From positions 1 through 28,944 of IMG/VR virus record IMGVR_UViG_3300042857_000007: DNA of 28,944 bases. One strand, given 5' to 3'. The position numbers and the translations under genes were made by a program. The notes beneath the pieces are model-generated. The model was not told the origin of the DNA. It did no database searches and was given only the letters and a program-made list of their open reading frames with translations. Shown here piece after piece: positions 24,369 to 28,944 of the stretch. Origin of the DNA: a virus (taxonomy: Duplodnaviria > Caudoviricetes). The stretch's first letter is position 1; each line of letters starts with the position of its first letter.

Positions 24369-24614
24369 ATGAAGACACCAACAAAGACAGCCAAGACAGG
24401 GAACTACACCTACACCCCGCCCGCGCCGCCAAAGCCGCTGCCGCCCAATGATGAACCGGCTGAACCGCCAGACTATTACCCCGGCCAAGAGCGCTTTGGT
24501 GACTGGAGCCTGAGCAACATCATACCCATTGACCCCGGTGAAGAACTGGTCAATGACGACCCTGAGGGTGACCCCAACAAGATTGCCCAGTACGGAACCA
24601 AAAAGCCCAAGTAA
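24369..24614 (+). CDS. Small Pro/acidic hypothetical protein
   Basis: AAGGAG RBS. Confidence 0.65.
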   Translation: MKTPTKTAKTGNYTYTPPAPPKPLPPNDEPAEPPDYYPGQERFGDWSLSNIIPIDPGEELVNDDPEGDPNKIAQYGTKKPK

Positions 24615-24685
24615 AATACCCTCTAGGCAAAGGGCTGGAGGCAGCGTATGCTTCCGCCCGTTGCTTTGGTTGAGGGAGATACTGT

Positions 24686-25021
24686 ATGGGCGACCCTGAG
24701 AACACATCAGCACCGGCCCCCGCGCCTGAGGTAGAGGAAGACAATACCCTGCCCCGGCCGCCGCTGGAGAAAAAGCCCCCAGCCCCGCCGCCGTCTGATG
24801 AAGAGGAGATTGTTGAAGACAACAGTCTGCCCCGGCCGCCGCTGGAAAAGAAGCCCACCCCAACACCTGCCACCACGGCTGAGCCTGATGAGGCGGCTGA
24901 CGCTGATGCTGAGGCCGCTGAGGCGGCACTGGCGGCTGGTGAAGACCCAGACGCGGCAGAGGCTGATGAGCCGGTGAGCCGCCGCAAGACCGGCCGGGCG
25001 CGGCATACAGCGGAGGATTGA
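24686..25021 (+). CDS. Acidic low-complexity protein with a duplicated EDNxLPRPPLEKKP motif
   Basis: GGGAG RBS; the internal repeat carries synonymous differences (GAG AAA vs GAA AAG), supporting coding status. Confidence 0.7.
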   Translation: MGDPENTSAPAPAPEVEEDNTLPRPPLEKKPPAPPPSDEEEIVEDNSLPRPPLEKKPTPTPATTAEPDEAADADAEAAEAALAAGEDPDAAEADEPVSRRKTGRARHTAED

Positions 25022-25025
25022 TCAG

Positions 25026-25862
25026 TTGGCGTTGCGTGCAGTCATAGACAAACCTGAGGACGTGCCAGACGCCCTCAAGGCTGAGTATGTTGAGAAGGAC
25101 GGCAAGTTCTATCTTGATCTGGACAACACCATCAACAACCACACCAGCATCTTGCCGTTGAGCATTGCGCTGAACAATCTCAAGAAGGAAAAGAAGACCC
25201 TTCAGGACAAGATTGTGGTGCTGGAGACCCGCACTGCGGGTCTGCCTGATGATTTTGACCCGGCCAAGTACGCTGACATTGTAGCGGAACTTGACACGCT
25301 CAAGACCGACCCCAACCGTGACAAAGACGCTGAGGCCAAGCTTCAGAAAGAACGTGAGCGCTATGAGCAGCGCCTGCGTGATGCTGAGGCCAAGCGGGTC
25401 AATGACCTGAAGGCCAAAGACGCGGAAATCACAGAACGTGACACCCTCATTCATGAGACGCTGGTTGACGGCGGCCTGACTGAGGCGCTGATCAAGCACG
25501 GCGTTGCCAAGGAGTTCATGGGTGCCACCCGTGCGCTTCTGCGCGGGGCCGTGAAAGTGCAGAAGGGTGATGATGGCAAGCGGCACGCCGTGGTCAGCAC
25601 TGACCTTGGTGACGTTGACATTGATCACTTTGTGGAGAACTGGTCAAAGTCAGATGATGGCAAACCATTCGTGACGCAGGCCAAAGGGTCTGGCAGCCAC
25701 GGGTCGGGTAATGGGCGTGGCTCTGAGATCAACCCGTGGGTGAAGGAAACCTTCAACCTCACGGCGCAGGGCCAGATCATCAAATCTGACAAAGACAAGG
25801 CACGCCGTTTCATGAAGAGCGCAGGCCGCTCCAACCATGAGATTGATACCGCACTGGCATAG
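25026..25862 (+). CDS. Capsid scaffolding protein
   Basis: MAL......EDVP..LK.EY.EKDGKFYLD N-terminus, coiled coil, GSG linker and NPW..ETFNLT.QG C-terminus; directly before the capsid gene; GGAGG then TTG. Confidence 0.85.
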   Translation: MALRAVIDKPEDVPDALKAEYVEKDGKFYLDLDNTINNHTSILPLSIALNNLKKEKKTLQDKIVVLETRTAGLPDDFDPAKYADIVAELDTLKTDPNRDKDAEAKLQKERERYEQRLRDAEAKRVNDLKAKDAEITERDTLIHETLVDGGLTEALIKHGVAKEFMGATRALLRGAVKVQKGDDGKRHAVVSTDLGDVDIDHFVENWSKSDDGKPFVTQAKGSGSHGSGNGRGSEINPWVKETFNLTAQGQIIKSDKDKARRFMKSAGRSNHEIDTALA

Positions 25863-25866
25863 GTCT

Positions 25867-25934
25867 GCCGCGTAACCACGGGCACACCCGTCTACCCAAC
25901 CATAGGCTCCCCTGCGCCACGTAATCACGGGCAC
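25867..25934 (+). repeat. Imperfect 19-bp direct repeat in the scaffold-capsid intergenic region
   Basis: gccgcgtaaccacgggcac (25867-25885) vs gccacgtaatcacgggcac (25916-25934). Confidence 0.75.
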
Positions 25935-26017
25935 GGGCCAAGGGCTGCCCCAACCCACGGTTAATCAACTGGGTTAGGTTCATGTTCACTCATGCGCCAT
26001 CTCAAGGAGATTGACCT

Positions 26018-26971
26018 ATGGCCGCTACCAAAATTGCCGACGTTATTGTGCCGTCGGTCTTCAACCCGTATGTTGTTGAGAAGAGCGCCGAACTTTCAGC
26101 GTTCTTTACTTCTGGCGTCATCCAGACCGTCGGTGAACTGAACGTGTTCGGCATGAAGGGCGGCACCACGGTGGCCATGCCTTTCTGGAAGGACCTGACC
26201 GGCGCTGAAGAGGTGCTGTCTGACGTTGTGCCGCTGGGTGTGGACAAGATCACCACCGGCCAAGACATTGCCGTGCTGCACGCACGCGGCAAGGCATGGG
26301 GCGTCAATGATCTGGCCGAGGCCCTGAGCGGTGATGACCCCATGGAGCAGATTGGCGCTCTGGTGGGTGACTTCTGGCAGCGCCGCTGGCAGGCCCTGCT
26401 GATCAGCACGTTGCAGGGCGTCTTTGCCAGCGCCAGCATGGCGGGCAACGTGCATGACATCAGCGCCGCCGCCGCGCCTGACAACATCATCAGCGCCAAC
26501 ACCATTGTTGACGCCATGTACAAGCTGGGCGACGCCAGCCAGCGCCTGACGGCGTTTGCCATGCACAGCGCCACGGTGGCGGTGCTGGTCAAGCAGCAGT
26601 TGATTGACTTCCAGCTTGACGCTGAAGGCAAGCCCACGCTGCCGTTCTACATGGGCAAGCGCGTCATTGAAGATGACGGCATGCCGGTCAACGCGGGCGT
26701 CTACACCAGCTACCTGTTTGGGGCCGGGGCAATCGGCTACGCTGACGGCGGCGCGCCCACCCCCACTGAGACTGACCGTGACAGCCTTGCCGGTGAGGAC
26801 ATCTTGATCAACCGGCGTCACTTTGTCATGCACCCGCGTGGCATTGCGTGGGTGGGCACGGCAACCGGCGTCAGCCCCACCAACGCTGAACTGGCCATCG
26901 GCACCAACTGGAACCGCAGGTACGGCAACAAGAACATCCGTATTGTGCAGTTCAAGCACAAGATTGCCTGA
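26018..26971 (+). CDS. Major capsid protein
   Basis: TKIADVIVP.VF.PY, MPFWKDL, LSGDDPM, MHSAT, GKRVIEDD, HPRG and NW.R.Y..KNI motifs; AAGGAG RBS. Confidence 0.93.
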   Translation: MAATKIADVIVPSVFNPYVVEKSAELSAFFTSGVIQTVGELNVFGMKGGTTVAMPFWKDLTGAEEVLSDVVPLGVDKITTGQDIAVLHARGKAWGVNDLAEALSGDDPMEQIGALVGDFWQRRWQALLISTLQGVFASASMAGNVHDISAAAAPDNIISANTIVDAMYKLGDASQRLTAFAMHSATVAVLVKQQLIDFQLDAEGKPTLPFYMGKRVIEDDGMPVNAGVYTSYLFGAGAIGYADGGAPTPTETDRDSLAGEDILINRRHFVMHPRGIAWVGTATGVSPTNAELAIGTNWNRRYGNKNIRIVQFKHKIA

Positions 26972-26986
26972 CGGGCGTTATGGTTC

Positions 26987-27008
26987 TGGGCGGGGGTGAC
27001 CCCGCCCA
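26987..27008 (+). terminator. GC-rich hairpin after the capsid gene (weak terminator or mRNA-stabilising stem)
   Basis: tgggcgggg-GTGA-ccccgccca, GNRA loop; no long U tract. Confidence 0.5.
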
Positions 27009-27036
27009 TTGAAACACTCAGAAAGGAGAACCCGTC

Positions 27037-27747
27037 ATGGGTCTGTCAGCATTCAGCCGTGCGCGTGTCTCAATGCTTCCAGAGATGGAACTTGAGGCCA
27101 AGCGCTTTGAAGAGTGGAACGCGGCCCACCAGAAAAGCTTCAGGGATATTGATGACCTGCATGAGGGCTTGTCATCTGACAAGCGCCTGACGGCCATACG
27201 CAAGGCCGCCGAGAAGGGCGTGCAGGCCATTGGTGAGAAGGTGGTGGCCGGTCTTCAGGAGAACGTTGAGGGCACTGAAGACAGCATCGACCAGCAGATG
27301 CGTGAAGACCATGTGCGTGACATGGTTGGCCGCCGCCACGTGGTTGACCCGCAGGGTGAGCCGCTGAGCATCATTGAGCGCCTGCACGGACGCGTGCCTG
27401 ATGAGGGCACGGCGGCAGAGGCGTCGGTGGCGCTGATTGCCAAGACTGATGTGGCGGGGCTTGGCCCCACCAAAGAAGAGGTCGATGCCGCGCAAGCTGA
27501 GCAGGAACCATGGGCACCGCCTGAAGATGAACCCACTCCTCCCGCAGCTTCAGGCGGTGAACCCGTGCCCGGTGCAGCGCCGCCTGAGACTGAGCGCAAG
27601 AAGGTGGTGGGCACTGGCCAGACCGCCGTCAACACGCCAGCCAGAGAAGCAGACAAGGCAGCCGCTGACCACAAGACGGCGGCAGACAAGGCTGCGGCAG
27701 ACAAGGCTGCGGCCGACAAGAAGGCCGCAGACGCCAAGAAGAAATAA
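27037..27747 (+). CDS. Hypothetical protein after the capsid gene with AAADK repeats
   Basis: AAAGGAG RBS; MGLSAF.R.R N-terminus; low-complexity tail. Confidence 0.75.
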   Translation: MGLSAFSRARVSMLPEMELEAKRFEEWNAAHQKSFRDIDDLHEGLSSDKRLTAIRKAAEKGVQAIGEKVVAGLQENVEGTEDSIDQQMREDHVRDMVGRRHVVDPQGEPLSIIERLHGRVPDEGTAAEASVALIAKTDVAGLGPTKEEVDAAQAEQEPWAPPEDEPTPPAASGGEPVPGAAPPETERKKVVGTGQTAVNTPAREADKAAADHKTAADKAAADKAAADKKAADAKKK

Positions 27748-27759
27748 CGGGGTCGTTCT

Positions 27760-28254
27760 ATGGCTCACTACGGTTCTGAGGGTGGCTTTGAGGCGTACTG
27801 CCTCAGGCTTGGCTACACCGTTTCACCCGGTGAAGTTGACCCTGCGTTGGAGCGCGCCACCGCCTACCTTGACGGCCACTATGGTGCCCGTTATCCGGGC
27901 GTGCCGACGGGCGGCTACTCTCAGGAACTAGGGTGGCCTCGTACTGGTGTTACTGATTGCCGTGGTTACCCGGTCCCCTCAGACGTGGTGCCCAAGGAAA
28001 TTGAGAACGCCACCTATGAGGCCACCCGTCGTGAATTGACCACGCCGGGTGGCTTGAACCCTGACGTGATCACCGGCCAGATCAAGAAGAGCGTCAGCGT
28101 TGAGGGCGCGGTGTCAGTGACCTACGCTGACCCTGAGGGCGGGGCTGTGGCGGCACAGCAGCCCGTGGTGACCCAGATTGACAGCATGCTGGCGTGCCTG
28201 CTTGGCGGGGCTGTCAGTGGCCGCACCGTGACCAAGTGGTTGAACCGCGCATGA
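27760..28254 (+). CDS. Head-tail adaptor (DnaT-like ssDNA-binding annotation family)
   Basis: AL.RAT.YLD..Y...G......Q.L.WPR...VP.EI..ATYE pattern; position after capsid. Confidence 0.85.
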   Translation: MAHYGSEGGFEAYCLRLGYTVSPGEVDPALERATAYLDGHYGARYPGVPTGGYSQELGWPRTGVTDCRGYPVPSDVVPKEIENATYEATRRELTTPGGLNPDVITGQIKKSVSVEGAVSVTYADPEGGAVAAQQPVVTQIDSMLACLLGGAVSGRTVTKWLNRA

Positions 28255-28625
28255 GTGACGCTTTCTACACAGAGATGGCAGGCATTGCCGGTGACCTGAT
28301 CACCGAGTACCAGCAAGGCACAGCCACGCTTGAGAAGCGCACGCCGGTTGCCGGTATGCCGCCATGGGAGCCGGGGGCGTTCACAGCCACCATCTACGCC
28401 GTGGTGTGCGTGGTGCGCAGCGTTGACCGCCGCTTTGTTGACGGCACGCTGGTGCTGGCCACTGACCGCATGGCCATGGTGCCCGCCACCGCGCTGCCAG
28501 ACGGCGTTGAGCCGCAGGCCAATGACGTGGTGCACGTTGACGGGCGGCCCACCACCATCAAGAAGGTGATACGGGTGCCTGAGGCGGGCATCATCATAGT
28601 CTACAAGCTGATTTTGGGGAGTTGA
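28251..28625 (+). CDS. Head closure / head-tail joining protein
   Basis: FY..MA..A..LI..Y.QG and VDGTLVLATD motifs; ATGA coupling. Confidence 0.8.
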   Translation: MSDAFYTEMAGIAGDLITEYQQGTATLEKRTPVAGMPPWEPGAFTATIYAVVCVVRSVDRRFVDGTLVLATDRMAMVPATALPDGVEPQANDVVHVDGRPTTIKKVIRVPEAGIIIVYKLILGS

Positions 28626-28944
28626 ATGGCAGTCCCCACATCACTGCAAGAATTGTTGGATCAGATGGAACCAAGGGTGCAGCAAGCATTCCTTGACGCT
28701 ATTGCTGACATCAGTGATGAAACCACCATTGCAGCGCTTGAGAAAGCAATCGCCACCGGCAACATTGAGTACGCCCTGAGCGTGCTGAACCTTGACCCTG
28801 CCATCTTCACGCAGGTGGCTGATGAGGTGAGCGACATCTACAAGTACGCCGCCGTGCTGACCGCTGAGGCGGCGCGGGCCACCATCAACCCCATGACCGG
28901 CGCAAGGGTCATATTCCGCTTCAATGTGCGGTCTCCCCCGGCAG
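28626..28944 (+). CDS. Head morphogenesis (MuF/gpF-like) protein, 5' part only
   Basis: MAVPTSLQELLDQMEPRVQQAFLDAI...LEKAIATGN...FRFNVRSP resembles N-termini of phage minor head proteins; the defining domain lies beyond the window. Confidence 0.6.
   Translation, partial: MAVPTSLQELLDQMEPRVQQAFLDAIADISDETTIAALEKAIATGNIEYALSVLNLDPAIFTQVADEVSDIYKYAAVLTAEAARATINPMTGARVIFRFNVRSPPA

Larger units (their letters stand above)
1..28944. mobile_element. Tailed dsDNA phage (Caudoviricetes) genome segment: early-gene cluster plus packaging/head module
   Basis: TerS-TerL-portal-scaffold-major capsid-adaptor-closure gene order; dense ATGA/TGATG-overlapped small genes; no host housekeeping genes and no integrase in the window. 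Confidence 0.97.

Noticed and set aside
12837-26959. Long - strand ORFs 12837..13565, 14425..15342, 16000..16827, 18703..19962, 24099..25628 and 26096..26959
   Set aside because: Antisense to clearly recognisable structural genes
1-28944. Apparent scarcity of GANTC (CcrM site); only about three noticed (~4065, ~13968, ~15665)
   Set aside because: The count is not exhaustive and is confounded by the TCS/SGA depletion, so it cannot serve as independent host evidence without computation
1-28944. Stop-codon reassignment suggested by abundant TGA
   Set aside because: The TGA excess lies across codon junctions; genes are uninterrupted in code 11 and TGA is used as the normal stop

Overview
A GC-rich tailed-phage genome segment with two parts. 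(1) 1058-8861 is a minus-strand cluster of about 20 small early or accessory genes driven by a repeated sigma70-type promoter family (TCGCTTTACA-N17/18-TANNNN). It includes a Tpt1/KptA-like ADP-ribosyltransferase (ART)-fold protein, a GNAT-like protein and a DUF2786 protein. (2) From 9210 onward is a plus-strand packaging and head module: TerS, TerL, portal, a collagen/tail-collar fibre, a frameshifted fibre chaperone, two ~900-aa multidomain proteins, scaffold, major capsid, head-tail adaptor and closure proteins, and the start of a MuF-like gene. The most notable signals are: (a) two tandem paralogous R-S-E ARTs inside the head operon, one also carrying a Nudix hydrolase and a ParB-like C-terminus; (b) a ~55-aa 'NPKKxGSKA...MTVAEY...DLxWDxxRGFI' module, which I cannot assign to a named family, shared by both ARTs and two early proteins; (c) a candidate ~90-nt sRNA upstream of terL whose loop is antisense to the ribosome-binding regions of several early genes, including both early genes that carry that module; (d) a ~260-nt highly base-paired candidate ncRNA at 441-700; and (e) strong depletion of TCG/CGA and TCC/GGA. 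All family calls come from motif recognition by eye, with no database search.
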